From NCBI GenBank assembly GCA_964016885.1, contig OZ024742.1:132494001-132558000 (forward strand): a DNA stretch of 64,000 nt, given 5' to 3'. The translations under genes were made by a program, and so were the position numbers. The DNA comes from Eledone cirrhosa (taxonomy: Eukaryota). This document shows, piece after piece, positions 1-13,507 of the stretch; within the stretch, counting starts at the first letter, position 1; every line of letters begins with the position of its first letter. The notes under the pieces are model-generated. The model saw only the letters and a program-made list of their open reading frames with translations. It had not been told where the DNA came from and searched no databases.

Positions 1-67
1 TTCTTCTTAGCTTCATACGGACGTATAATAACACACACACACACGCACAAACACACACACACACACA

Positions 68-119
<52 letters not shown>

Positions 120-120
120 T

Positions 121-312
121 GCTTACGTACGTGCTCAAGTATAGCTCTTTTTACAAAACGTATTTTTTTTCATTTCAGGTAGACGCGCTTTATCATCCAC
201 TTTTATAAAGTATGAATCATACACAAAACGCTAGCACTAACATTTTTGCTAGAGAAGACAATCTATCTTATTCCTCATTCTTTTTTCTGATGAAGGGATA
301 TCGTCCGAAACG

Positions 313-316
<4 letters not shown>
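121..316 (+). mobile_element. PLE 3' end/pLTR fragment with minimal hammerhead (family also at 54851-55190)
   Basis: Homologous to 54851-55100; ends CTGATGA-agggatatcgtcc-GAAACGTA (core at 287) directly into (TA)n. Confidence 0.7.
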
Positions 317-346
<30 letters not shown>

Positions 347-349
<3 letters not shown>

Positions 350-475
350 ATAATAAATGTGAAGACAAAAAGTCCGAAGATGGATCGATAAGTATTGAAT
401 GTATATCAAAAATATATAAACCCGTTCAGGGTGAAAGCACAGATTCTATTCTTAAACTTTAGTCTCTTCTGATAA

Positions 476-476
<1 letters not shown>
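347..476. mobile_element. Short fold-back fragment of the PLE 3' tail seen at 34890-35045
   Basis: 347-420 resembles the reverse complement of ~34975-35045; 421-476 matches ~34898-34955; flanked by (TA)n. Confidence 0.65.
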
Positions 477-547
<71 letters not shown>

Positions 548-767
548 GATGTAAACTTACTCATTGCGCATGCGTGCGATCTTTTGTTAGATTCAACAAT
601 GTCTTCTTAGATGCACTTTACGCGATTTATTCTAATACAAGTAATACATATATTTTCAATGTGGAAAATATATTTTCCCATATTGTTATATTTTTGATAG
701 TCACTTTGCCCATTTTGCCAATATAAGTTCATGTCAAGCAAGACTCTTTTTAAACCGATACATATAC

Positions 768-800
<33 letters not shown>

Positions 801-803
801 TAT

Positions 804-1523
804 AGCTCTGGTATCTTCATATCCATAGAGAGCCTGTCTACACAATACTGATGTTGCGTTTCGCTAATTTCTAGCTGCCGAAATGCGATTCTCGCTAAAT
901 TTATATTTGTATTAATCAAGCGACAAATCAAGCGATTAACCAATTTTTTGTTTAGGCTTTTTAGTTAATTCTATTGACTGACTAATCGCTTAAGTTTATT
1001 TTAAAAACAACACGCTCGAGAGCTTAATTCGTTTTGTGCTATTTTTGCAAATTTTTGCAATAGCTACACATGCTGAATTCACTGGCCAAAATAGGGGTTT
1101 TCTCCCCTTAGAACCTCACATGTGCTTCAATACCCTGTGAGATTCTGGCGCACGAAGAACAAAATGCCTGTTGAGAAAGCGATTCCTTGTTCGATCATTA
1201 TACCAAAAGCTTATTATTTTTTATAAGCAGACAGTATTATTGATTTAGGTGTTGCAGAAACCCTATATCGGAGTATTCCATCTTCCCCCAGGGTCCGGGT
1301 AACTATTTCAATCACATCTTATTTTGTTTGAGCCATTTAACTTGTTCGCATTTTTGACTCAGGTGGTTAATGGCTTCTTAACCATCATCTCAGTTTGTAT
1401 GACCTTTTTAACTTATGTTTATAGCTCTGATATCTTCATATCCATAGAGCGCTTGTCTACACAATACGGAAGTTGGGTTTCGCCAATTTCTTCCCGCCGA
1501 AATTCGATTGTCGCTAAATTTAT
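804..1523. repeat. Non-coding element with ~100-bp terminal direct repeats, (TA)n flanked
   Basis: agctctg.tatcttcatatccatagag...cgctaaatttata at 804-904 and 1422-1523. Confidence 0.75.
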
Positions 1524-1539
1524 ATATATATATATATAT

Positions 1540-1800
1540 TAAGTTGTTAAACGATATTTGATGATTATGTCAAAGAATGAGTTTTACAGTAGATTGGAAG
1601 CACTCAACGGTAAATAATTTTCAGGAGTTATTAATAATAAAATATAAGTATTAATAAAATAGATGTTCTTTTGATGAATTACATTTTATTATACATATTT
1701 CGGATGTACAACAGTATTTTGTCTGATGAGGACGTACATACGAAATATGTATAATAAAATGTAATTGATCAAAACAACTTTTTTTTTATTAATACTTTTA

Positions 1801-1808
<8 letters not shown>
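1540..1808. mobile_element. Fold-back HHR mini-element (related to 18151-18546)
   Basis: Inverted arms ~1636-1701 and ~1741-1805; CTGATGA at 1723, GAAATATGTATAataaaat at 1742; stem II internally deleted. Confidence 0.75.
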
Positions 1809-1881
<73 letters not shown>

Positions 1882-1882
1882 G

Positions 1883-1950
<68 letters not shown>

Positions 1951-2330
1951 GTGTATGTATATTTGTGTGTGTATGTGTTTGTGAGTATTATGTAATATCT
2001 CTATACGCACGAGCACACCCTGTACCCCGTGTACAGGACGTAGTCCCTTTATTATATCGTATAATCGTATATCATGCTTGCAGCAGCGATTATTTTGTAT
2101 TCATATACTGATGGTAATTATTATTAAGTGCCATAATATTAAGAATACACCGCAACTCATTACATGTCTATCAATATGTTGTATACTGCTACATCGTTTT
2201 ATGCTGCCTATTAACTTAATGTATTGGCATTACAAAAATAAAAAATAAATCGAACTGTTTTTTATACTTGAAGCCATAAAGAAAATAATTTCATTTTGAT
2301 AGCATTACACATATATATATATATGGTTGC

Positions 2331-2378
<48 letters not shown>

Positions 2379-2453
2379 ATGTGTGTATGTGTGTGTATAT
2401 TTACAAACATCTATATATAAATATGCATACATACATACATTCATACACATATA

Positions 2454-2511
<58 letters not shown>

Positions 2512-2514
<3 letters not shown>

Positions 2515-3380
2515 GGAAAAAATGAAACGAAATTTCATTTCCCACTCTTAGTACGGCTGTTACTTAAATATAAGTATGTACACATACATACATATATGAA
2601 TACAGACGTACAGTAGTATGTATATATATATACATAAATGCACACTTATATGTATGTACGTATGGATAAACCGAACATTTATTATAATGCACGGTGTGTT
2701 TGTAAACAAACATCCCGTATTAAGCCGTAGTGTCTAGCAACCATCGTTGCTCGTTTGTTCAACACTGACAAAGGAACGCTGTACTAGTTTGAAGCTTATT
2801 AGCTATCGTCAGCAACGTATACTTTCCGGCCAGATTGTTGAACGTATAATAAATGTTCGGTGAATCCATACGTACATATATATATATATATATGTGTGCA
2901 TGTATGTATATATATATATACATACTACTGTACGCCTCTATACATATATGTATGTACGTGTACATACTTATATTTAAGTAACAGCCGTGCTCAGTGTGGG
3001 AAATGAAATTTCGTTTCATTTTTTCAGTTTATCGTTTTCGGTGCACGCGGCCGATTAACCCACTCGATATGCAAATTTGGCTACTCAGCCAAGGTAAGTA
3101 TATACGTTCAAAAATCTGCCAGGAAGGTATACGTTGCTGACGATAGCTAATAAGCTTGAAACTAGTACAGCATTCCTTTGTCAGTGTTGAACAAACGAGC
3201 AACGATGGATGCTAGACACTATGGCTTAATACGGGATGTTTGTTTACAAACACACCGAGCATTATAATAAATGTTCGGTGAATCCATACGTACATATATA
3301 TATGTGTGCATGTATGTATATATATATGCATACTACTGTACGTCTGTATACATATATGTATGTACGTGTACATACTAATA
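2512..3380 (+). mobile_element. Retrozyme-like element, ~418-nt monomer with 5' inversion
   Basis: tataataaatgttcggtgaatcc repeats at 2845 and 3263; 2512-2846 is an inverted copy; another fragment at 40703-41040. Confidence 0.8.
3133..3171 (+). ncRNA. Type I hammerhead ribozyme
   Basis: gttg-CTGACGA-tagc taataa gctt-GAAA-ctag-TA-cagc; palindromic stem III ACTAGT. Confidence 0.85.
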
Positions 3381-3402
3381 TATATATATATATATATATA
3401 TT

Positions 3403-3605
3403 TAGGAACAAGTATGACCCCGACGGCAGAGCTCGAGCTGTTTCGACGGATAATTCTGGACTTTAAAAAATGAATCTAATGAACTTAGTCCAGATGAACC
3501 TAGTCTAAAAAATTAGTCCAGAATTAGCAGTCGAAACGGCTTGAGCTCTGACGTCGGGGTAATACTTGTTCCTATTACCCAATCTACTATCCTAAGTGTT
3601 GAGTA
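3403..3605. mobile_element. Fold-back mini-element (family also at 41998-42068, 56297-56432, 63092-63295)
   Basis: Inverted arms 3403-3462 and 3515-3574 plus a tail; GAAACGG HHR-like 3' half, 5' core uncertain; (TA)n flanks. Confidence 0.7.
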
Positions 3606-3778
3606 TATATATATATATACGTACATATAAATATATATATATATATTAGAAAGTGAGTTCTTTTTACAAAATGAAAAATAACCGAGGTGTCCTACACGAG
3701 TGAAAGTATAATGAAAAAAAGATGAGATCGAAAATGCAACTGGAGTCTTATTTTATATATATATATATATTTATTTGG

Positions 3779-3820
3779 TACCTTTACTAGTTTCGCAGTT
3801 CTTCTGCTTTTCAAAAGTAG
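3779..3820 (-). ncRNA. Hammerhead ribozyme with U3-A8 core
   Basis: minus: tactt-TTGAAAA-gcag aagaa ctgc-GAAA-ctag-TA-aaggta. Confidence 0.6.
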
Positions 3821-4050
3821 AGTTGAGATGGAGGGTCTATGTTTTTTCTCACATCTAGTTGTTCTTTGAATGTTACCTGTTTTATATGGAAAAAAGTGGC
3901 TCGAAATGCCAGGTTTTTAAAGAAGTAACTTGATTGGTTGGTCAAGAAGTATAATACATTTCGCGCCATTTCGCGTTAAAAAGTTCTTGAAACAAGGGGG
4001 GGGGCTCAGGTTGTTTATTCATATATGAGTGTTTCAATATTTTTTACTTT

Positions 4051-4500
4051 AAAAAAGGGGGCTCACGAAAGCTTGTTTTTAAAATGTAATTTGATTGGTT
4101 ATAAACGAAATTATGGCTGTCACGTGAACATGTTCATTAAAATTCGCACCCGTATTTGGGAATTTATTTTGTAGACTTTTAGAGAATTTTATGACAATAA
4201 AAAAGTGGCTCACGAAGGGTTTTTTTCTTAAATGTAATTTGATTGGTTATAAATGGAATTATGGCTGTCACGTGAACAAGTTCATTAAATTCCGCGCCCG
4301 TATTTGGGAATATATTTTGTAGCCTTTTAGAGAATTGTATGACAATAAAAAAAGTGGCTCACGAAGGCCTTTTTTTCTTAAATGCAATTTGATTGGTTAT
4401 AAATGAAATTATACTGTCACGTGAACAAGTTCATTGATTATCGCGCCCGTATTTGGGAATTTGTTTTGTAGCCTTTTAGAGAATGTTATGACAAGCAAAA
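4051..4500. repeat. Three ~149-bp tandem repeats in the PLE 3' UTR
   Basis: ggctcacgaa...tgattggttataaa...gtcacgtgaac...cccgtatttgggaa repeated three times. Confidence 0.9.
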
Positions 4501-5146
4501 AAATGGTCAAGAGAAATGGGATGGGAGAATTGTTATGGTTCAGTGAATATGGCTAGTTCGCTGGGGTGTCAGAGTTCAGATTTTCTATTGAAATAAAGAA
4601 AGTAGACATATGTATGTTTGTGTGTGTGTGTGTATAAAGATAATTCTATTGGTAGAAATAGGGGAGGGAGTTGAGTTTGTGTGTATATGGGTGTTATGTG
4701 TGTGTGGGGGGGAGTACGTTAAGATGGAGAGAATATATATATTGTGTGTGTGGGGGGGGGTGATTATATTAGTAACAATGGGGGAGGGAGTTGTGTGTGT
4801 GGGGGGAGGGTGTTATGTTTGCATGGGTGTTATGTGTGTGGGTGTATGGTTAGCATGTTAAGATGAAGAGAATATATATGTTGTGTGTGTTTGTGTGTGT
4901 GTGTGCGCGCGCGCATGTGTGTGTGCGTGTGTATGCGTGTGTGGGGGAATGATTCTGTTAGTAGGAATATTTTTGAAATAACATATTTTCCTTACTTATT
5001 CGTATTTGGTCTGTTGTATTGTCAGCGCAAACGTATGTTAAGGTTTATTTAGTTCGGGTTTTTATTTTCTAAAGTAGAAGGTGTTATGTTTGTGTGTATG
5101 TGTCTCTTTGGATGGTTAGCATGTTATGGTGTTGACATAATTTATA

Positions 5147-5705
5147 TTAAACCGTATTTAATGCTGGTCTATATTTTTGAATAAACATATTTTCCTTATT
5201 TATTCGTATTTGTTCTGTTGTTTTGTCAATGCAAAGGTAAAATGGGAAGACTTAGAATTTGGGTATCTTATTACTTACGCAAATGTCTAGATTTGCGCTT
5301 AATGGTATCTGTCTCGTGGTTGGATCTCGTAATTGTTGGCGATGAACTGTCATTCTATTTCTGAGTGTGAGTTTAGTTTGTCCTATATAATCTTCATTGC
5401 ATCCTTTAGATTTAATGGGATGATTTAGATTTTTTGATGAACAAGTGAAGTGATTTTTACAGCTAAATATTGTCCTGATTTAAATATATACGTGTTGCCT
5501 TCAATGAGGTTAGTACAGGTTCCCCAATTAGAGCGACCACATTTTTTGACAGTTGGTTGTGGGTTTGTGGTAGGTAATATGGCATTGGTGAGTAATGTTT
5601 TCTGTGATTTCGGTTGTCTTTTGCTTTTGATTATTGTGTGTGTTTCAAGGGCTTTTTTCATTCTTGGGTCTTGTTTCAGTAGTGGGACATCAGTATTGGG
5701 ACATT
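5147..5705 (-). pseudogene. PLE Cys-linker and GIY-YIG endonuclease remnant
   Basis: KRQPKSQK..LTNA, KCGRSNWGTC, CNEDYIGQTKLTLRNRMTVHRQQ, QKYRPALN; frameshifts and stops. Confidence 0.8.
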
Positions 5706-6637
5706 CTTTATATATATATATATAAACAAGATTAAAATTACATTTTAAGCAAACGGCCTCAATGCGCTACTTTTCTTTTTTTTTGTGATGGCCGTCGTTA
5801 TGGTTTTGAAGAACATTCAAAATGTTTCTGGATTATTGCCCTTTGCCAGGACTGTGTACCTATCTGTCACTCGTTTGAACAGTTGAAAATATATAGTATT
5901 TTATAATGTATACATTGGTTGATTAGCCCCATGTGAATACCAAGCGATTTTACAGCTGGCATTGGCGAAAATTAAAAGCAAATTTAGAATTTGATCTTTC
6001 GCTCTCATACAACAGATTACATAAATATATTTATTTATGTATGTATGTATTCATACACAGACACATACATATACATGCATATATATATACACACACACAT
6101 ATAATACATATATATATATATATTTATATATTCATGCACACATACTAACACACACGCACACAACCTCTCTCACACACACACATATATATACTGTATACAT
6201 ATTTTATATGCAGGTAGATATCAAATTGCAGCACTGTGTCAAACACCTTAGCTGGTAGATGTCGAAGTATCCTGAGGTAAGCACTGAAGCAGTTGAAGTA
6301 TCCCAGATTACATCTGGTGGTCCATGTGGAGTATATATACCCCCTACAGTAAGTATGTATAATGTCTCCGAAGAGGTGCGATTCATCCTATAAAACTCTA
6401 TGTATTGTCGCCTAACCCGTGGAAAATTTCAGAATATATTGTTTTAAAAATCCATCGTGCTAAATTTTCCTTCGCTCACTCAGTCTCTCTCTCCCTCTAT
6501 GTGTTGTGGGTGTGTGCGCATCGTGTGTCTGTGCGTGTGTCTGTGTCTGTATGTGGCTGGTTGTGTGCCTGTGTATGTATATACGTATATCTATGTAAGT
6601 ATGAATGGAAATTTTGAAATCAATATTATCCAGCGGT

Positions 6638-6824
6638 GGATTGGCAGTATCGGTAGAGGGTCGGACAACATGATTTGCTGCAAAGAGTTACATTCATTTT
6701 CGGTATGAGATCAAATCTTGCCGCGTTTAATTTTGCCTTTCATCCATACGGGGTCGATAAAATAAAGAACCATTAATACACTGGGATAATTGCTGGCCTT
6801 GTGCCAAAAGTAGAATCAATTATA
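6638..6824 (+). mobile_element. SINE family A (tRNA-like head, ttgcctttcatcc..ggggtcgataaaataaa central motif)
   Basis: Matches 9695-9861, 39359-39478, 46438-46613, 60192-60267 and 50893-50940(-). Confidence 0.8.
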
Positions 6825-7180
6825 ATCCAGTGGTTTATTTCAAATTTCTCTGCGCAATAAACTTATACCAATTCACAAGTATTATTTTCGATTACATCCT
6901 CTATATAACCATTCAAGTCTAATACTATACAACTTCCTCAAACTATCGTTACAGTTTCTCTCTACCTATCAACACGCACACACACACACACACACGTCCA
7001 TGTGTGCGTGTTTATGCCTGTGCATATATATATATATTATATTTATATATATATATATGTTTGTATATATATATATATATATGTGCGTGTGTGTGTGTAT
7101 GTGTGTGTGTGTGTGTCTGTGTTAAGTATTTCCGTAGAAAAGGTAAAGGAAAGAAAAGTGCTATATGTGTAGTACAGAAC

Positions 7181-7785
<605 letters not shown>

Positions 7786-7787
7786 AA

Positions 7788-8130
7788 GGCACATGGCTTA
7801 GTGGTTAGAGCATTGGCCTTGCAATCGAAAGGTTGTGAGTTCAATTCTCAGACCGGGTGATGTGTTTTTTCCTTGAGCAAGACACTTTATTTCACATTGC
7901 TCCAGTTTACTCAGCTGTAGAAATGAGATGATAGGGACTGGGGTCCATATCATTCCACTGTAAAGTAGTCGTGGAGGTGCCACGGCAAATAGCACCCAGC
8001 ACTCAACGTAAATGAGGTTGGTGTTAGGAAGGGCATCCAGCTGTAGAAATCAAGCCAGAATCAGTTCCCGTCCCACCCTTGCAAGCAGGGAAAAAGGGAA
8101 CGTAAAATGATGATGATGATGATGATGATG
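7788..8130 (+). mobile_element. tRNA-derived SINE family B with (ATG)n tail
   Basis: A box tggcttagtgg, B-box-like gagttcaattc, CORE-like ccttgagcaagacactt; related pieces at 12205-12320, 19483-19625, 19790-20015(-), 56810-56945(-). Confidence 0.85.
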
Positions 8131-8856
8131 ATATATATATGTGTGTGTGTGTGTGTGTGAATGTGTATGTGTATGTGTGTGTGTGTCTGAGAGAGATAGA
8201 GAGAGAGAGAGAATGCGTGTGCTTGAGGGGTGTGGGTATAACTTAATTAATCATTAATTAAATATGTGACAATATACAACGTAAACAATATAAAACTTAT
8301 GAAACATGAACGAATATTTAATCCTTTACTTGTTAACAATTTTATTGTCATATTTTGAACGAATAATATTCAAATAATTTTAAAAATAATTAAGAATTTG
8401 AAGGGATCTATTAAATAACAAACTTTTGCTTGCGTTTGATTCATTGCTTATCAAAAACTCTTTCATAGAAAAAAATATGTTAAAAGTATTTTACGTGTAT
8501 ATTAACATTTTAAAACAAACATTGTCATTTCATAAAATTAGTAGTGGTTACATAACAGACATATGTTATATGACGTCACAAAATTAAGGCACGTGTTTGG
8601 TTAGGTAACATTCGAATCAAATTGCTGATAGTGCATGTTTGTCTCTGCCGAATGTAGTAGTTGGCCGCACAACCTTATATTTAATGTTATGTAATGCTAT
8701 AAGGATATGTGGAGATTTGTATAGATATAAGCATCGTTCTTAAAAGAATGGAGAATTGAGTATACATTTACATGAAAATACACATGCATACACATACTCA
8801 GGTATATGCATATAATCAAAATATACTTATACACGCGCATATACACTAATAGGCAC

Positions 8857-8982
<126 letters not shown>

Positions 8983-9469
8983 GCGTGTGCGTGTGCGTGT
9001 ATGTGTGTGTGCATACCACACACACAGAGACACATACCCACCACATACATATGTGTATATATATATATATATATACACGTATGTATATATGTATATATGT
9101 ATATATATATATATATATATACATATATATTATATATATTTAAATATATTTATATTTATATTTATATATACATTTATATATATGTATATATATATACATA
9201 TATACATATGCGTGTGTGTGTGTGTGTTTGTGCGCGTGTGTGTGTGTATATATGTGTGTTTATATCCAAATATCTATATGTGCAAGACTGAGATTACTTA
9301 TGTTTTACATTTGGTGAATTTAATTTATATACAACTTATCATGCTGTACATTGAAATTGATAATATGTAGGAGATGAATTTGTAATTAAAGATTGAAATC
9401 ATATCTGTTATTTCCGTAGATAAATCACTTGAGAAATTTATCTTTAATATGTAAACTTTCTAATATTCG

Positions 9470-9565
<96 letters not shown>

Positions 9566-9632
9566 AATGTATAAGAAAAAATGGCTAGGCGTGAAGTATA
9601 GATTAGAAGTGAAGAATTTAATCAAAGTTCAT

Positions 9633-9912
9633 TCTTTAACACATATTTCAATACAATATATATCTAAGATTGCTGGTTGCATATTAATATTATTGGATTG
9701 GCAGTATCGGTAGAGGGTCGGACGCCATGCTTTCCAGCATAGTTACGTCCCTTTACGATCTGAGTTCAAATCGCCTTTCAACCATACGGGGTCGATAAAA
9801 TAAAGTACCAGTAATGCACTGGATAATTGCTGGCCTTGTGCCTAAAGTAGAAACAATTATTACTATGCCCATTCGCTAGCAATACATTAAATACTGCATT
9901 TCATCAGAAAGA
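9633..9912 (-). ncRNA. Hammerhead ribozyme interrupted by a SINE in the stem II loop
   Basis: minus: tcttt-CTGATGA-aatgcagtat...[SINE]...atattgtatt-GAAA-tatgtg-TT-aaaga. Confidence 0.6.
9695..9861 (+). mobile_element. SINE family A copy
   Basis: Close similarity to 6638-6824 and 46438-46613. Confidence 0.85.
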
Positions 9913-10378
9913 TTTCCAAGTTCGAGGTAAGGTCGCTGCATCTTGCAGAAAAAAATATTCTTACTGCTATGTATGCATACATACATAGATGATGGCTACA
10001 ATTTGATTTCGTGTAATGCCATCGCTTTAACTTAAACATAAGCATTACGGACGTGGTTTTTTAGTCCCGCCAGGGTCTTGCGTATGGTCAGCAATACCAT
10101 GCATCGCAAACAATAATACATATCAAGAGATGCCTGGGCTTCAAGATATTTTAAGTGAAGAAAGGCTTTGTACGGAGCCAATCCCACTCTTTGTATAGCG
10201 AATGCATTTGCCCATAAAGAAGAACTGGTCTACATCATTGAAACGAAATCGCAGGTTTTATATCAGAGTGACCTTCCCCTAGAGAGATGTCTTAATTAAG
10301 GTTAGGGGCCTGTCACTCCATAAAGAAAACTTTATGGAGTGACATAGATATATACATATACATAATATGAAAGACTCA

Positions 10379-10758
10379 TGGTGGAATGTTCCAGTAAAAC
10401 CCCACAATAAAATGCAGTCATAACAGACCAGATATAATGGCACAGGGAAATGTAGCCATGCACAGTAGTAGAAGTTAGCTGCCCATCAGATGCCAATATA
10501 ATATTAAATATTAGCGAAAGGGAGAATATCGATGCAGAACTAATGAGAAATCTACAGATACTCCACCCTGACTATACATTCAAATTTATACCTGTGTTTA
10601 TTGGGGTTCTGGAATATGTTAGTAACTGCCTCAGTACAAATCCCGAGAAGCTAGGCTTCACAGAAACAGAACGAACATGACTAGATAGGAAATTACAAGT
10701 ACAATTCATTAATGGAACACTAAAAATATGTAAAACATTCCAAAAATTCTGCATGTAA
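10379..10758 (+). pseudogene. R4/Dong-type non-LTR retrotransposon, restriction-like endonuclease remnant
   Basis: WWNVPVKPTIKCSHNRPDI...VVEVSCPSDANI...FIPVFIGVLEY...GTLKICKTF; frameshift and stop; not in the ORF track. Confidence 0.8.
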
Positions 10759-11242
10759 TAACTGCATATACACTTGTACAGATACAAAGCACACATACAA
10801 CTCAAATCATCCACACCCGCACATACAATAACATCCTTACCTGAATACACATGCATGCATGAAGACATGCATACATATCTTCTTAGTTAATGTTGTGTAA
10901 ATTCCAATGAGAGACTCTTGTGTCGATGTTAGAAACTGACTCTCTCTCTATTGGCAACAATTTGTGAAATTACAAAACCAAAAGAACATACACACATAAA
11001 TACTATATCAACAAAATCTACTACACCAGACATAACTCGGAAGAAAGTGTGATTTGATACTCTTCATTATGCTTTACCGAGACGGTAAAGACAAAAACTC
11101 GACATTCCATCTTACATCCAGGAATGTTCTTAATTGACTTGAAAATGTTTAAGGCGAATTGGACCAGGGCGGGATTTGAACTTAGAACCTAGAGAGACGC
11201 TCTAGCGACTGCCCATTTTATATCTATACACACACACACATG

Positions 11243-11275
<33 letters not shown>

Positions 11276-11439
11276 ATATAATATATAATATACAATATAT
11301 TATGTGTGTGTGTGTGTGTGTATAAATATATATATATACGTGTGTGTGTGTGTGTGTATGTGTGAGTTCGTGTGGGTGTGTGTATATATACACACATAAT
11401 ATAACACAGTTACAGTAAAACAAATATTAAAGTGACTTT

Positions 11440-12130
11440 AAAACATGGGTGTATATAGAGAATTGAAATGAAAATAAAATATAGAAAAGGAATTTGAGCT
11501 ATCTCTAAAGAAGTTTGAACTAAGATACAGTGAATGGATTGGGGAGTATTTAACGAGGGAGTCAGGAAAGTAGCAGAGCTCTAAGAATAAGTGAGAAATG
11601 ACCACCAAAGACGTCACCATCATACCGATCATTTCAAGTCAGTAAGTATTGTAGAAGCGATCCAATTTATCTCGTTACTGATATTCCTATATCTAATGAA
11701 CGACTCGCTAATTATAATAGGGTCAAATTGTCTCCAGCCAGGAACTATGCTTACTCATATTAGGAAATTTCAGTTTCGTGTTCTATGTTCTATAACTATA
11801 CAACTTAATAAGAGATATATTGCGGACGCTGCTAGCTAGGCTGATTCCAGTTAGGAACAGGTATATTGCAGACATTGCTGGGAAGGTTGATTCCAGTTAG
11901 GAAGAGGTACATGTGTAGTCGATTGAACAGCTGCGGCTCATAATCTCATTCCCCGGTAGCATTTTATTTACGTCTAGCTGAGGATCATATTGTACACTTT
12001 GACTTTAAGTGATGGATAGTATGTAATGCAGCCGGCCAATATAAAAACTCACACTCACTCTTCTGCCTTGTCTATTACACCAGACCCGTAGATTCTGATG
12101 GTGACAAAAGCAGAAGCAGGCAATATGAAC
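11440..12130 (-). mobile_element. Possible degraded CR1/Jockey-like LINE 3' end
   Basis: Minus-strand peptide ...SSNFFRDSSN resembles the SFF.RT..WN terminus; weak. Confidence 0.3.
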
Positions 12131-13204
12131 TCAAAATTTGATGTTACTCTACAATGGTGTGCTTTCAAAATTAGAATTGATATTTTTTCTATCAATGATG
12201 TGAAGGCGCATAGCTTCCGGCTAAAGGGGTTCGATTCACAATTGTGAGGTTGTGAGTTCGATTGCCGGCACTGGCGTAGCCTTATGTCCTTGTGGAAGAC
12301 AATTTATTTGAAGTTGTTTGATAAATAAACGATGTCTGGGATCTTGTCGAATCATCATATTTATGATAAGCTTTCAAACTAAGTGTGTTGTTACTTTGTC
12401 ACTATTTAAGTCACAGTGTGCATATGTTCCTTATGCTGGGAGAAATAGCGATTTCAGGAAGTTGTATATGTTTCTTTAGTGAAATCATCATCACCAGTTA
12501 AATCGTACTGTGGCAATAAACTGTGCTTCTCTCACGTCATGGTTTGCTTTCATTTTCATTATTCTTGTAACATGGATTTGGTAGTCTGTTGCGGTAATTA
12601 ATCTATAACCATTTAGAAGTTTTACTATGTTACTTTACAGAAGCATGACATTTCTCGTTAGTTATCCTTGTACTTACGACTATCGCAATTGTATTTCATT
12701 TCAGAACATGCAAAAATACTTAGACCTACATTAGGCGAACATAAATAAAGTCTACATTATGATAAGAATACTGTTTGCCCGTCCATGCGTCAGTCACACG
12801 CACTTTATATAGAAAAGGAGAGCATCAACCGTGAGATATGTAAATAGATAGAGAGAGAAAGAGGAACGCCGTGTGTTTTCGTGATGACAGAAAGAGGTAG
12901 ATAGGCAGACAGTTATGATGTCGCACTCATCTACATAGAGAGTGGAGTAACACCAAGCGAGAGATATTACCTGTGGTCAATAGGACACTAGTATGAACAT
13001 TCTGATTCTGACGATGGAGCTGTGAAGGTTTTAAAATTGTATACCAACATTTAGGAATGTTACTGTTTCAAACTAAACACAAAATAAAAAAAGAAATACA
13101 AGTATCTTTAATACAAATGACCAAACTGGAGAGTAACCGTATTTTCTATATAACACGCTTGCATATATATATATATTAACATACATACAATCACACACGC
13201 ACTT

Positions 13205-13275
<71 letters not shown>

Positions 13276-13422
13276 GTAGTAGACTGACCTCCCTGCCTTT
13301 GCTTACACACGGCACTGGACGGAATTGATTCCACATCATTTATTCTCATCTCGGGAACAATTTTGAATAGCGCCAGTTCGTAATTTGAAGTCGGGGATTT
13401 TATATTCTCCGAGTGAAAAGAT

Positions 13423-13507
13423 CCTTCTGACGAGAGTTTATCTTTGCAATGGATGGCCGCAAGGACTGTCCATTTATTTTTGACACTCGAAACCGATTCG
13501 GTAAATG
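13423..13507 (+). ncRNA. Hammerhead ribozyme with extended stem II
   Basis: cctt-CTGACGA-gagt...actc-GAA-ACCG att CGGT-A-aatg. Confidence 0.85.

Larger units (their letters stand above)
3650..5710 (-). mobile_element. 5'-truncated Penelope-like element, probably Neptune clade
   Basis: Linker and GIY-YIG remnant followed by a 3' UTR with tandem repeats and an HHR. Confidence 0.75.

Noticed and set aside
4051-4500. CRISPR-like array
   Set aside because: Whole units repeat with no unique spacers; eukaryotic context
6213-6281. AG...GAG|GTAAGC exon-like segment
   Set aside because: All three frames contain stops and there is no other support
7788-7870. tRNA gene
   Set aside because: tRNA-like head continues into SINE body and tail, and multiple diverged copies exist
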